From positions 2,124 to 66,123 of the forward strand of contig CAMBXO010000014.1 of the NCBI GenBank assembly GCA_945871915.1: a DNA stretch of 64,000 nucleotides. Direction: 5' to 3'. The position numbers were made by a program, and so were the translations under genes. This document shows, in pieces, positions 47,407 through 57,383 of the stretch. This DNA is from Singulisphaera sp. GP187. Its GTDB lineage: Bacteria; Planctomycetota; Phycisphaerae; Phycisphaerales; SM1A02. Each line of letters opens with the position of its first letter. The stretch's first letter is position 1. The notes beneath the pieces are model-generated. The model searched no databases, was not told the DNA's origin, and saw nothing but the letters and a program-made list of their open reading frames with translations.

Positions 47407-48711
47407 TCACGGAGTCAGAAGTTTGCCCCACGAAGGCCAAAACTCGGGCCAACTTTTTGCTACGCAGGCTGGATCCATGACGGTCACGCCACCACGCACC
47501 GCGCCAACCACGGCGGCACTCATGGCCAAACGATGGTCCCGATGTGTGGCCACGGTGATCTCACCTTGGGTTGAAAGTGGTCCCTGCACTCGAATCCAAT
47601 CGGGGCCTCGCTCCACGCACGCCCCAGCATCTCGCAACCACACGCACATGGACTCAATGCGATCGCTCTCCTTGCCGGCCAGCGTGGAAAGGCCTCGAAT
47701 CTCAACCGGCGCATTGGCCGTCGCTGCAGCCGCCATCACCGCAAGACTTCCGTCCGGCCAAAGCGACGCGTCACATAAACCCCCATGAAGTGGCTCGCCA
47801 AAGGCAACTCCAGCGGCCTCCGGTTTGGAAATGTCTTTGGCCCCCAGCGAAACCAGCGCACGAAGCACCTGCAGATCTGGCTGAGCCGAGTCACTTCGAA
47901 GCCCCGGAATCCACACTCGAGATTTTGGAATCATGGCCGCAAGTGCAAACCCGTAGGCAGCACTTGAAGCATCCGGTTCCACTCGAACCTGAAACCCCTT
48001 CAACGGTCCTGGTTCCACATGCAGGATGCCCGATTCATTGTTCCAACTCGCTGTGACACCAAGCGAACGAAGGCACTGCATGGTCAAGTCCACATACGAA
48101 CTGCTCGGAACACCGCCGGTGACCTTGACCGTAAGTCCTCGCTTCATCCACGGCGCAATCAAAGCGACCGCAGAAAGAAACTGGCTGCTTGCTGGACGCT
48201 CAATTGAAATTTCTCCACCATTTCGAACGGCGGCGTGTGGAGTGATTTCAAGTGGCAGTTCACCTTCGCCCACTCGTTTCGCAATACACCCCAGCGCGTG
48301 AAGCAAGGCAACACCATCTTGCATCGGACGCTTGCGAAGTCGAACGGAGCCATCAATCACGCTGGGGCGAGTAGCCAATGCGGCCGCCGCCATGGCAAAT
48401 CGTGCGGGCGTGCCACCTTCGCGTGCATCGATGCGACCACCGCCAGGAAATGTTCCGGCCACGCCTCGAACTTCCAGTGAATCGTGACCCGTCCAGCGGA
48501 TCACCGCACCAAGCATGCGTAAGGCCATGGTGAGGGCCTCCACATCATCGCTTCGCAAAGCGTTATCAATCACACTCTCGCCCTCTGCAAGCGCCGCAAG
48601 CAACAGCCACCGTTGCGTCAGGCTCTTAGAGCCCGGCGGATGCAATGCACCGACCACTGGCCCCGCCGACTTGGGAACCAGTTGCTTGGTCAATCCGCCG
48701 GTTACGGACAC
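47407..48711 (-). CDS. aroA: 3-phosphoshikimate 1-carboxyvinyltransferase (EPSP synthase)
   Basis: PGSKSLTQRWLLLAALAEG, LGA and HRDHRLAMSAAV. Confidence 0.95.
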   Translation of the reverse strand: MSVTGGLTKQLVPKSAGPVVGALHPPGSKSLTQRWLLLAALAEGESVIDNALRSDDVEALTMALRMLGAVIRWTGHDSLEVRGVAGTFPGGGRIDAREGGTPARFAMAAAALATRPSVIDGSVRLRKRPMQDGVALLHALGCIAKRVGEGELPLEITPHAAVRNGGEISIERPASSQFLSAVALIAPWMKRGLTVKVTGGVPSSSYVDLTMQCLRSLGVTASWNNESGILHVEPGPLKGFQVRVEPDASSAAYGFALAAMIPKSRVWIPGLRSDSAQPDLQVLRALVSLGAKDISKPEAAGVAFGEPLHGGLCDASLWPDGSLAVMAAAATANAPVEIRGLSTLAGKESDRIESMCVWLRDAGACVERGPDWIRVQGPLSTQGEITVATHRDHRLAMSAAVVGAVRGGVTVMDPACVAKSWPEFWPSWGKLLTP

Positions 48712-48713
48712 GC

Positions 48714-49046
48714 TCAGTCTTCCTTGCCTTTGCCTGTTCGGAATACGGCCACCACATCTTCGACCGGAATCACAAACAGGCGGTTGTCCCCTTCAAAATC
48801 AACTGGAATTCCATGTCGTGGATTGAACAGAACACGGTCGTACTGCTTGATGGGGTAGTCCTCATCTCGAGCCACCTGCGCACTAATTGCCACGACGCGT
48901 CCAGTCAATGTGGGAATCTCCATTTTGTCAGGCAGGTGAATGCCCACCTTGGTGATCTTGCGGTCCTCGTCCTTTCGCAGCAACACACGCTTGCCAACGG
49001 GTTCAACGATTTCCATCTTGGATGTGCCGGTATGAGACTGTGCCAT
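48714..49046 (-). CDS. GroES/Cpn10-family co-chaperonin-like protein
   Basis: VEPVGKRVLLRKDE...TKVGIHLPDK...TGRVVAIS...YDRVLF...VIPVEDVVAVF parallels GroES. The start is uncertain (ATG 49046 or 49016). There is no adjacent groEL. Confidence 0.62.
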   Translation of the reverse strand: MAQSHTGTSKMEIVEPVGKRVLLRKDEDRKITKVGIHLPDKMEIPTLTGRVVAISAQVARDEDYPIKQYDRVLFNPRHGIPVDFEGDNRLFVIPVEDVVAVFRTGKGKED

Positions 49047-49101
49047 AGAAGGATGGTAGCCCCGCTTGCGGCGCGCGTGCACTTGCCTGCACAATGAACC
49101 C

Positions 49102-49623
49102 ATGCCGGCCACCCGTCTCAAGAGCTTGATCCGTGATGTTCCTGATTTTCCTAAGGCAGGCATTTTGTTCAAGGACATCACGCCGCTGCTGCGAGATGCC
49201 GCCGGGTTAGCTCTCGCCGTGGAACTGATGGCCAATCCATTTCGCGGCGCCGGCATTCACGCGGTCGCGGGCGCTGAGAGCCGTGGATTTATTTTCGGAA
49301 CTGCTGTCGCGCAGGCTCTCTCGTGTGGATTTATCCCCATCCGAAAGAAAGGCAAACTTCCGCCGGCGATCAAGAGCGTTTCGTATCAATTGGAATATGG
49401 AACGGACACCCTTGAAGTGCGACATGACGCGATTCAGGCCGGACAACATGTTCTGATGGTGGACGATTTATTGGCCACGGGCGGAACGATGGCTGCATGT
49501 GTTCGCCTGATGGAATCCATTGGCGCCAAGGTCGTGGGCGCCACCGTGCTGATCGAACTAACGGCACTGAAGGGTCGCTTAGCACTTCCGGGTCTTGCGG
49601 TTCATGCACCGATTTCGTACTGA
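49102..49623 (+). CDS. apt: adenine phosphoribosyltransferase
   Basis: LIRDVPDFPKAGILFKDITPLL and the VLMVDDLLATGGT PRPP motif. Confidence 0.93.
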   Translation: MPATRLKSLIRDVPDFPKAGILFKDITPLLRDAAGLALAVELMANPFRGAGIHAVAGAESRGFIFGTAVAQALSCGFIPIRKKGKLPPAIKSVSYQLEYGTDTLEVRHDAIQAGQHVLMVDDLLATGGTMAACVRLMESIGAKVVGATVLIELTALKGRLALPGLAVHAPISY

Positions 49624-49685
49624 CCACCCGGTGTCCCACTGGCACTCGACTTCATTCGGCCCACGCGAATTCCTCCAAGACCAAC

Positions 49686-49729
49686 TGTCCGCGATTTGTC
49701 CGCGATTTGTCCGCGATTTGTCCGCAATC
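49686..49729. repeat. 11-bp tandem repeat, 4 copies (tgtccgcgatt x3 + tgtccgcaatc)
   Basis: Read directly. The three full units are perfect and the fourth has 2 mismatches. It lies in the convergent apt / small-ORF spacer. Confidence 0.92.
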
Positions 49730-49866
49730 TAATTTGGATTCGGTGCCATGGCTGGCGGCGGCTCCATCATCTTGGGGGTTCCGGCCGTCAGGGCAACAAA
49801 AACAAGCACCCCACCCAAAACCAGCAGGGCGACGGCAATAAGAAGAATGGTCTTTCGTGTGTTCAT
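49729..49866 (-). CDS. possible small single-pass membrane protein (45 aa)
   Basis: MNTRKTILLIAVALLVLGGVLVFVALTAG then a Pro-rich tail. No SD and no homology recognised. The longer ORF-track version overlaps the hppD start antisense. Confidence 0.3.
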   Translation of the reverse strand: MNTRKTILLIAVALLVLGGVLVFVALTAGTPKMMEPPPAMAPNPN

Positions 49867-49941
49867 GAGTGGTCTGCAAAAGGTATCGCCAAGATCACAT
49901 TCGTGCATCCGAATCGTTCGCAGGCAACCTAGAATGCAGCC

Positions 49942-51144
49942 ATGACCAGCACCGCCCAGCAATCCGTCTCCGCCATGGATCATTCCACTGATCCACTGGC
50001 CCTGATCGATGTGGATCACATCCGATTTTTGGTTGGCAATGCCAAGCAAGCCGCCACCTTTTATGCGACCGCATTTGGATTTCAAGTTGAGCAGATCTGC
50101 GACCTCACCACAGGAAATCGCACCTCCGCGAGATATCTTCTCACGCAAGGCAACATCCGACTGCTTCTTGAAACACCATTAAGCAAAGACGCTCCTGGTG
50201 CAGACGAACTTCGCAACTACGGCGACGGTGTGAAGGACATCGCCATGACGGTGTTTGATGCCACCAAGGCGTACGAGCAAGCACTCCGCAATGGCGGCAC
50301 CAGTGCCTATGAGCCGATTGTGGTCAGCGACGCACATGGCTCGGTCACCACCGCTGCGGTGAATACTTATGGGCGAGTGATTCACACCTTTGTCAGCCGA
50401 AGCGGGCAATACATGCTTCCAACAGTCAAGGCTGGTGGCACTTTTATGCCCGGATACCGCCCGATGGGACATTTCGCTCTGAATGACTACAACCGGCAGC
50501 ACCCCTGCGGACTGAAGTTCTTCGATCACTGCGTTGGCAATGTGGAAGAAGGCAAGATGAATGTGTGGGTGAAGTGGTATGAAGATGTGCTTGGGTTCAA
50601 AATGTTTAAGCACTTCGACGATAAGGACATTGGGACGGAATATTCGGCGCTGATGAGCAAAGTGATGGCCAGCGGAAACCATCTCATCAAAATGCCGATC
50701 AACGAACCCGCTTCCGGCAAGCGCAAGAGTCAGGTGCAGGAATATCTGGATTGGCACGACGGGGCACCCGGCGTGCAGCACTTAGCCATGCGCACCGACG
50801 ATGAATTGCACAGCGTTGCGGAATTGCGCCGCCGAGGTGTGGACTTCTTGGAAATTCCCCATGCGTATTACGAATCCGTGTGGAAACGCGTTGAGGCCAT
50901 GCTGAAATCCCACGGCCATGCAAGCGTGAAGGAAGACCACCAACGCGTGCGTGATCTTGGCATTCTTGTGGACGCCGACGACGAGGGCTATCTGCTTCAA
51001 TTGTTTACCAAGCCACTGCAGGATCGCCCGACCCTTTTCTTCGAGATCATTTGTCGAAGAGGAAGTCAGAGTTTTGGCAAAGGCAATTTCAAGGCTCTCT
51101 TTGAAGCGCTTGAATTGGAGCAGGACAAGCGCGGAAATCTTTGA
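49942..51144 (+). CDS. hppD: 4-hydroxyphenylpyruvate dioxygenase
   Basis: Two VOC modules, HLAMRTDD, QLFTKPLQDRPTLFFEIICR and GKGNFKALFEALELEQ.KRGNL. Confidence 0.92.
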   Translation: MTSTAQQSVSAMDHSTDPLALIDVDHIRFLVGNAKQAATFYATAFGFQVEQICDLTTGNRTSARYLLTQGNIRLLLETPLSKDAPGADELRNYGDGVKDIAMTVFDATKAYEQALRNGGTSAYEPIVVSDAHGSVTTAAVNTYGRVIHTFVSRSGQYMLPTVKAGGTFMPGYRPMGHFALNDYNRQHPCGLKFFDHCVGNVEEGKMNVWVKWYEDVLGFKMFKHFDDKDIGTEYSALMSKVMASGNHLIKMPINEPASGKRKSQVQEYLDWHDGAPGVQHLAMRTDDELHSVAELRRRGVDFLEIPHAYYESVWKRVEAMLKSHGHASVKEDHQRVRDLGILVDADDEGYLLQLFTKPLQDRPTLFFEIICRRGSQSFGKGNFKALFEALELEQDKRGNL

Positions 51145-51234
51145 GACGGCACCGCCACTCCCTACGCCGCCCAATTTGAATTCGTCCGTTGGTGTTGACG
51201 GCCTCATTCTCTACGCCACCTTACACTCGGCGGT

Positions 51235-53661
51235 GTGATTGCCCACAAGTTCGGCGGCAGCAGCGTTGCGGACGCTCCTCGCATGAAGCATGTTGTGGAA
51301 TTGCTGCGCTCGCGAAACGAACAGCAGGTGGTCGTTGTTTCGGCGATGCAGGGTGTCACCAATGCCTTGATTGAATTGGCGAACACGGCTGCTGCCGGCA
51401 ATCCGAAATGGAAGTTGGCAATCAGCCTTCTGGAAGCGCGACATGTGCAGACAGCCCGCACGCTTCTTGGGCCAGAGGCCGACCCTTTGGTGGCTCGGCT
51501 CGCCAGCGACTTTGAAGAACTTAGCGAGTTGCTGCAGAAGCAAACCAAAGTTGGAGCCGTTTCCAATGATCTGCTTGAACTGGTTTCGGGTCTCGGCGAG
51601 GTGTGGTCGTCACGAATGGTGGACGCCGCGCTGCGCCGCAGTGGCACCACAAGCCGCTGGCTTGATGCGCGAGAGGTGGTGGTAGTTGAACAGTGCGAAC
51701 TTGGTGCCATGGTGCAGTGGCAGCCTTCGAAACAAAAACTGATCAGCCACTTCGGCACACCTGGGCCATGCACGGTTGTCACTGGGTTCGTGGCTCGCAC
51801 ACTCGATGGCCGCATCACGACGCTGGGCCGCAACGGCAGTGATTACTCCGGGGCAATCTTTGCGTCACTCTTTGATGCCACGGAACTCAATCTGTGGAGC
51901 GATGTCAAGGGCGTGTTCTCGGCAGATCCTCGCATCGTGCCAGAGGCGGTGCTGATCGATCGCCTTTCGTATGCGGAAGCGTGCGAACTTGCCTACTTCG
52001 GCGCCAGCGTGATTCATCCGCAGACGATGGCGCCTGCCGTTGAGCGTGGTATTCCAATTTTTGCACGGAGTACCTTTCATCCTGAACATCCTGGCACCCG
52101 CATCAGCAATGAATCGGGACCACTACAGCCTGTCAAGGGCGTGACCACTTTCAAGGATCTTGCGATTCTTAATATCGAGGGCGCTGGCATGATTGGTGTT
52201 CCCGGAACGGCCGCGCGAGCCTTTGAGGCCCTGCACCGAGCGGGCATTTCCGTGGTGATGATCAGTCAGGGGTCGAGTGAGCATTCGATTTGCTGCACCA
52301 TTCGCCAAAGAGAGAGCGACACGGCACAGCGAGTTCTTCGCGAGGCATTTTCTCGCGAACTTGCGGCGGGGCTTGTGACCGATATTGCGGTGAGTTCAGA
52401 TATTGCCGTCCTTGCAGTCGTAGGCGACGGCATGGCTGGAAAGCCTGGCGTCTCCGCACAACTCTTTGATTCTCTGGGACGCGCCAAAGTGAATGTGCGC
52501 ATGATTGCACAAGGCGCGTCCGAACGAAACATTTCGGTGGCCATCGACGCGGGTGATGCACCACGAGCCTTGCGTGCTGTGCATGCGGGTTTTTACTTGA
52601 GCCCGGAAACAATTTCGATTGGCGTCATCGGCCCGGGGCATGTTGGCGGAGCGTTTCTGCGACAAGTGTCGTCGGCTCGCGGCTCGCTGCTCAACCGAAA
52701 GAAGTTGGATCTTCGGATTCGAGCCATCGGCGGCAGCCGCAACATGGTGCTTGGCGATCCCATGGTGCAAGACCGTGCGCCGTCTGAAATGTATGACCGA
52801 CCAATGGATCTTCAAGCCTTTGCCGATCACATTCACGCCGATCATCTTCCTCATGCGGTCATTGTGGATTGCAGTGGACAGGATGCGATCGCCAACCATT
52901 ACGCCCAGTGGTTGTCGCGGGGCATTCATGTGGTCACTCCCAACAAGTGCGCAGGATCGGGTCCACTCGACCGCTACCAAGCCATCATGGCGGCTGGATC
53001 GCAGTTTCGTTATGAAGCAACGGTTGGCGCGGGGTTGCCGATCATCACCACCCTTCGAGACTTGATTCACACCGGTGACGAAGTGCAATCCGTTTCGGGC
53101 ATTCTTTCCGGAACGCTGGCCTACCTCTTTAATCGATTCGATGGATCGCTTCCCTTGAGCACACTTGTGCAGCAGGCACGCGTGCTTGGCTACACCGAGC
53201 CTGATCCACGCGATGATCTTTCGGGATTGGATGTGGCTCGCAAGTTGGTGATCCTGGCCCGTGAGTGCGGATGGAAGTTGTCGCTCGACCAAGTGCATGT
53301 GGAATCGCTTGTTCCCAAGTCGCTTCGCATGGTGTCATGTGAAGAATTTCTGAATCGCCTTCCTGAAATGGATTCCGATCTTCTTTCACGGCTTCACAGT
53401 GCCCAAGCCAGCAATCGTGTGCTGCGTTATGTGGCCCAACTGACCGCTGACGGAAATGCTCGCGTGACTATGGTGGACCTTCCAACCGATCATGCCTTTG
53501 CGCACACGCAATTGACTGACAATGTGGTTCAGTTCACCACCAAGCGATATTGCACCACTCCCCTTGTGATTCAGGGACCCGGCGCTGGCCCCGAAGTCAC
53601 TGCAGCGGGAGTCTTTGCTGATCTCTTGCGTGTAGCGGCTTCCATGGGGGCGCATGTATGA
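51235..53661 (+). CDS. thrA: bifunctional aspartokinase / homoserine dehydrogenase
   Basis: Collinear with E. coli ThrA throughout: HKFGGSSVA, LGRNGSDYS, ACT pair, GVIGPGHVGGAF, VTPNK and YTEPDPRDDLSGLDVARKL. GTG start. Confidence 0.95.
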   Translation: MIAHKFGGSSVADAPRMKHVVELLRSRNEQQVVVVSAMQGVTNALIELANTAAAGNPKWKLAISLLEARHVQTARTLLGPEADPLVARLASDFEELSELLQKQTKVGAVSNDLLELVSGLGEVWSSRMVDAALRRSGTTSRWLDAREVVVVEQCELGAMVQWQPSKQKLISHFGTPGPCTVVTGFVARTLDGRITTLGRNGSDYSGAIFASLFDATELNLWSDVKGVFSADPRIVPEAVLIDRLSYAEACELAYFGASVIHPQTMAPAVERGIPIFARSTFHPEHPGTRISNESGPLQPVKGVTTFKDLAILNIEGAGMIGVPGTAARAFEALHRAGISVVMISQGSSEHSICCTIRQRESDTAQRVLREAFSRELAAGLVTDIAVSSDIAVLAVVGDGMAGKPGVSAQLFDSLGRAKVNVRMIAQGASERNISVAIDAGDAPRALRAVHAGFYLSPETISIGVIGPGHVGGAFLRQVSSARGSLLNRKKLDLRIRAIGGSRNMVLGDPMVQDRAPSEMYDRPMDLQAFADHIHADHLPHAVIVDCSGQDAIANHYAQWLSRGIHVVTPNKCAGSGPLDRYQAIMAAGSQFRYEATVGAGLPIITTLRDLIHTGDEVQSVSGILSGTLAYLFNRFDGSLPLSTLVQQARVLGYTEPDPRDDLSGLDVARKLVILARECGWKLSLDQVHVESLVPKSLRMVSCEEFLNRLPEMDSDLLSRLHSAQASNRVLRYVAQLTADGNARVTMVDLPTDHAFAHTQLTDNVVQFTTKRYCTTPLVIQGPGAGPEVTAAGVFADLLRVAASMGAHV

Positions 53662-54623
53662 ACCGGGAAATTGAATCATCCAAGCCGCCGGTTTCGCAGG
53701 CTCGCTGCGCAACCGCTATCGCGCCGCCAACGGTTGGAAATGTTGCGGTTGGATTCGACATGCTGGGGCATGCGCTTCAGGGTCAGGGTGATCGCGTCAC
53801 CATAACCCGCACCGATCGCGGTTGCATTCGCATCACGGCCATCAGTGGCGCGGTGACCTCTTTGCCCACCAATCCTCAAAGCAATACGGCGGGACTTGCA
53901 TTGCTCACATTGCTCCAGGCATGTCCGCAGGGAACTGGTTTTGACATCGAGATTGAAAAAGGAATCGCACTCGGTTCCGGCATGGGTGGATCCGCTGCAT
54001 CGGCCGCCGCAGCCGTGATGGCTGCCAATGCCACTTTGGAAACACCTCTCGATTTCGGGTTGCTGTATCACGCAGCTAAGCAAGGCGAATCGGCGGCAAG
54101 TGGCAGTGCACATGGTGACAATGTGGCGCCCGCGCTCCTTGGTGGGCTGGTGATCGCGCCAACAGAAGGAATTCCGATTCGAGTTCCCGTGCCCACATGG
54201 TTGCATGCAGCGGTGGTGCGGCCCCACCTTCAATTGAATACTCGCGAGAGCCGCGCGGTCTTGCAGGCTCCCTATGAACTTGCCACGTTCGTGCATCAAA
54301 GCGAACACTTGGCTTTGCTGCTGGCTGGTTGTTACACCTCAGACGCTTCATTGATTCGTCGCGGACTTCGAGATGTGCTCGTTGAACCTCGCCGCGCTCA
54401 ACTCATTCCCGGCTTTGCACGCGTTCAGCAAGCGGCCATGGATTCCAAGGCACTTGGTGCGAGCATTTCAGGAGCAGGCCCCAGCGTGTTCGGATGGTTT
54501 GAATCGCGTGAGGCAGCCCAATCTGCCGCCGCCGCCATGCAGCATGCGTTTCATGATGCCGGGCTAGGGAGCGATCCCTTGGTCAGTGAGGTCAATGCGC
54601 CAGGCACGCAGGTGATTGCATGA
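53658..54623 (+). CDS. thrB: homoserine kinase
   Basis: GNVAVGFDMLG and the GHMP motif GSGMGGSAASAAAAV. ATGA overlap with thrA. Confidence 0.92.
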   Translation: MNREIESSKPPVSQARCATAIAPPTVGNVAVGFDMLGHALQGQGDRVTITRTDRGCIRITAISGAVTSLPTNPQSNTAGLALLTLLQACPQGTGFDIEIEKGIALGSGMGGSAASAAAAVMAANATLETPLDFGLLYHAAKQGESAASGSAHGDNVAPALLGGLVIAPTEGIPIRVPVPTWLHAAVVRPHLQLNTRESRAVLQAPYELATFVHQSEHLALLLAGCYTSDASLIRRGLRDVLVEPRRAQLIPGFARVQQAAMDSKALGASISGAGPSVFGWFESREAAQSAAAAMQHAFHDAGLGSDPLVSEVNAPGTQVIA

Positions 54624-55882
54624 TGGTTCGCAGCACGCGAGGCGGCAACGAAGTGCCACTTTCGCAGGCGATCTTGCAGGGACTCGCACCCGATGGCGGA
54701 TTGTTCATGCCGCCGCAAATTCCGAAACAAACTGGGCCGTGGGGTCACGGGTTGGTGGCACAGGCTGAACAGATTCTCGCACCGTATTGTGCGGGCGACA
54801 CACTGGCAACGCACCTGCACACCATGTTGCACGAAGCGTTCACCTTTCACGCTCCGACGGCGTGGCTCACTCCCACCACCGGTCTGCTTGAACTCTTTCA
54901 CGGACCCACCGCCGCCTTCAAGGATTTCGGCGCGCGATTTCTTGCGGCGGCCATGCACCGACTGATTCCCGTTGGTTCGATGAATACGATTCTGGTTGCA
55001 ACCAGTGGCGACACCGGCGCGGCCGTGGCCTCGGCATTCCAATCGTTGCCGGGCTTTCGAGTGATCATTCTTTATCCCAGTGGTCGGGTGTCGCCGCGAC
55101 AGGCCCACCAACTTGGAGCCTTTGGCGACACGGTGCGAGCGTGTGAGGTGCAAGGAACCTTTGACGATTGCCAGCGCCTCGTCAAGGAAGCGTTTGCCGA
55201 TCCAGTGTTGCGTGCATCGCATCGCCTGACATCAGCCAACAGCATCAGTCTTGGACGATTGCTTCCGCAAATCACATACTTTGCGCATGCTGCGATGGAG
55301 AGTGTTGCATCCGGCCACGGCGTTCCGTCGTTTGTGGTGCCCACCGGAAACCTTGGCAATGCATTGGCCTGCATGCTGGCCCGCGAAGCGGGGTTTCCCA
55401 TTGATCGCGTGGTGTGTGCCACCAACGCAAACCGAGCGATCGCCGATCTTGCATTCACGGGACGCTACGCACCTGCACACACAATCGCCACGCTGGCCAA
55501 CGCCATGGATGTGGGTGCACCAAGCAATGTTGAGCGGCTTCTGCATCGAATTTCAAATGATGGAACACCGCTGGAAGCTGATTGGGTGGATGACGCGTCC
55601 ATTCGTAAAGTCATCACGCAGACTTTTGCTGATTTTGGGCGAGCCATTTGCCCGCATACGGCCTGCGGTGTCGAAGTGCTGCGCCGACTGCGTCAGACAG
55701 GTACCACAGGAACATGGATTGTGGCAGCGACCGCGCACCCAGCAAAATTTCAAAGCATCGTTGAACCACTCATCGGCACCTCGATTCCCATGCCGCCGTC
55801 GCTGGCAACCTTGCTGGCTCAACCGACCATCAGCGAGCCGCTCGAACCAGCCCTTCATGCCTTGGCTCGAATACTTGCCTAG
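54620..55882 (+). CDS. thrC: threonine synthase
   Basis: LSQAILQGLAPDGGLFMP, the FHGPTAAFKDFG PLP-lysine motif, and ATSGDTGAA. ATGA overlap with thrB. Confidence 0.92.
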   Translation: MMVRSTRGGNEVPLSQAILQGLAPDGGLFMPPQIPKQTGPWGHGLVAQAEQILAPYCAGDTLATHLHTMLHEAFTFHAPTAWLTPTTGLLELFHGPTAAFKDFGARFLAAAMHRLIPVGSMNTILVATSGDTGAAVASAFQSLPGFRVIILYPSGRVSPRQAHQLGAFGDTVRACEVQGTFDDCQRLVKEAFADPVLRASHRLTSANSISLGRLLPQITYFAHAAMESVASGHGVPSFVVPTGNLGNALACMLAREAGFPIDRVVCATNANRAIADLAFTGRYAPAHTIATLANAMDVGAPSNVERLLHRISNDGTPLEADWVDDASIRKVITQTFADFGRAICPHTACGVEVLRRLRQTGTTGTWIVAATAHPAKFQSIVEPLIGTSIPMPPSLATLLAQPTISEPLEPALHALARILA

Positions 55883-57324
55883 CGGGCGGTCGCCAAACCA
55901 AAGAGTTGATTGAGATTCTGTGCGGAGTCCAAGGCCATGATGCACTGTTGCAGTTTGGCGCACGCATCCTTGCCAATCACTTCGCCGCCAAGAGCGGTGA
56001 ACTTGACCGCAATCTCTTCTTCAGTCATCGGGTCGCGAGGGTCGCCCTTGGGCACATCCACACGGGTGGAATGGGACGCGCCGCTGTGGGTGATGATGGT
56101 CACGCGGCTTGGCTGAAATTTGGGAAAGAGAGCCTCGAATTCCTGATTGGCAATCACTTTCACCTTGTCCATGATCGGAATCAGTTTCTTGTCAAGGACT
56201 CGTTCTTCCTTAAATTGAAGCGGCGTCACCATGCCATCCACCAATCCGGCGGCCATGCAATAAGGCAATGAATGGTCGGCGGTTTCCTTGGAGTCGGGGC
56301 GATACTTGTGGGGGTCACCCAGAATGTCGGCGGCCCTGGCAATCACCTCGACCTGAATTTCTTTCACATCATCGGCGTGCAAATTGTGCTGCTTGACGGT
56401 CTTCATCATCGCCGTCAGCGGCGCGTGACTGAGCGCTTCAATTGGGAAACTCTTCATGCCGCAATCCACAATGCGGTAGTGGCCCGCCGTCGAAGTGGGA
56501 AGATCAGCCACCAACGCTTTGGCATCAAAGGTGGCGGGCTGACCCTTGTACTGCACATGATTGAACACGGCAAAGAGGCCTTCCTTTCCATCGATGATGT
56601 GCTCTGGACCAGAAAACCCACCCCGAGCAAGCAAGGCACTTTCCGCACCCATGCGACCAGCCCACGGGTCGACGGTGTTCTTCATGTTGGTCAACTTTCC
56701 AGCCGTGACCGCGCCGGGACAAAATGTTCGAGACGCGCTGATGCCCATGGCCGCTACCAATTGAGCCGGCGAAAGATTCAGCACTCGGCCCGCCGCAAGT
56801 GGCGCTGCAAAGGCACTCAGTGTTGCATGGTGCCAGCCGTATTCGCGAATGCCAGGTTGCCCAACTTCACACAGTCTCATTTCAATTTCGTAGGCAATGA
56901 TTGTGGCCACGATGAGTTCCCTGCCGCCAAGCCCCTCGCTCTGGCACAGTGCCAGCGGTGCCGCAATCAGATCGCTCGGATGACACGGATCGGACTTCCA
57001 ATAGATGTCGTTGTAGTCCATGGCCCGAATCATGTGACCGTTCAGAAACGATGCGTCGACCGGATTGGTTTTGAACCCACTCACAAAGCAGGTCGCCGAG
57101 CCAGTCGCACCTGCAGCGGCGCCACCCATGGCGCGATAGTGCTTCAATAAAATCTTGGCATCGTCTTGCTGACTGCCACCGAGCGCGCAACCGATCGAGT
57201 CGAACCAGAACAACTTGGCTGCTTGAATAGCCGCCGGCGAAAGATGTTCGTACTTCAACGAGCAGGCCCACTCGGCCAGCGTGTGCGAGAGAAGACGCTT
57301 GGAATCTGTTGGATGATGATTCAT
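55879..57324 (-). CDS. MmgE/PrpD-family protein (2-methylcitrate-dehydratase-like)
   Basis: Typical length (481 aa) and N-terminal layout (LAEWA..L.YE.L...A...AK....D.IGCALGG), plus conserved WH..T/S segments. Confidence 0.85.
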   Translation of the reverse strand: MNHHPTDSKRLLSHTLAEWACSLKYEHLSPAAIQAAKLFWFDSIGCALGGSQQDDAKILLKHYRAMGGAAAGATGSATCFVSGFKTNPVDASFLNGHMIRAMDYNDIYWKSDPCHPSDLIAAPLALCQSEGLGGRELIVATIIAYEIEMRLCEVGQPGIREYGWHHATLSAFAAPLAAGRVLNLSPAQLVAAMGISASRTFCPGAVTAGKLTNMKNTVDPWAGRMGAESALLARGGFSGPEHIIDGKEGLFAVFNHVQYKGQPATFDAKALVADLPTSTAGHYRIVDCGMKSFPIEALSHAPLTAMMKTVKQHNLHADDVKEIQVEVIARAADILGDPHKYRPDSKETADHSLPYCMAAGLVDGMVTPLQFKEERVLDKKLIPIMDKVKVIANQEFEALFPKFQPSRVTIITHSGASHSTRVDVPKGDPRDPMTEEEIAVKFTALGGEVIGKDACAKLQQCIMALDSAQNLNQLFGLATAR

Positions 57325-57383
57325 AAATACTCCGTAAGTCGTTCTACACAGTCATTGGGGTTCAGCGTCGACCGCACCGTCAC

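Noticed and set aside
51235-55882. E. coli-style thrA-thrB-thrC operon considered as a possible horizontal acquisition
   Set aside because: The high collinearity with ThrA reflects a widespread family. I see no compositional break, flanking repeats or mobility genes, so this is ordinary biosynthetic content.
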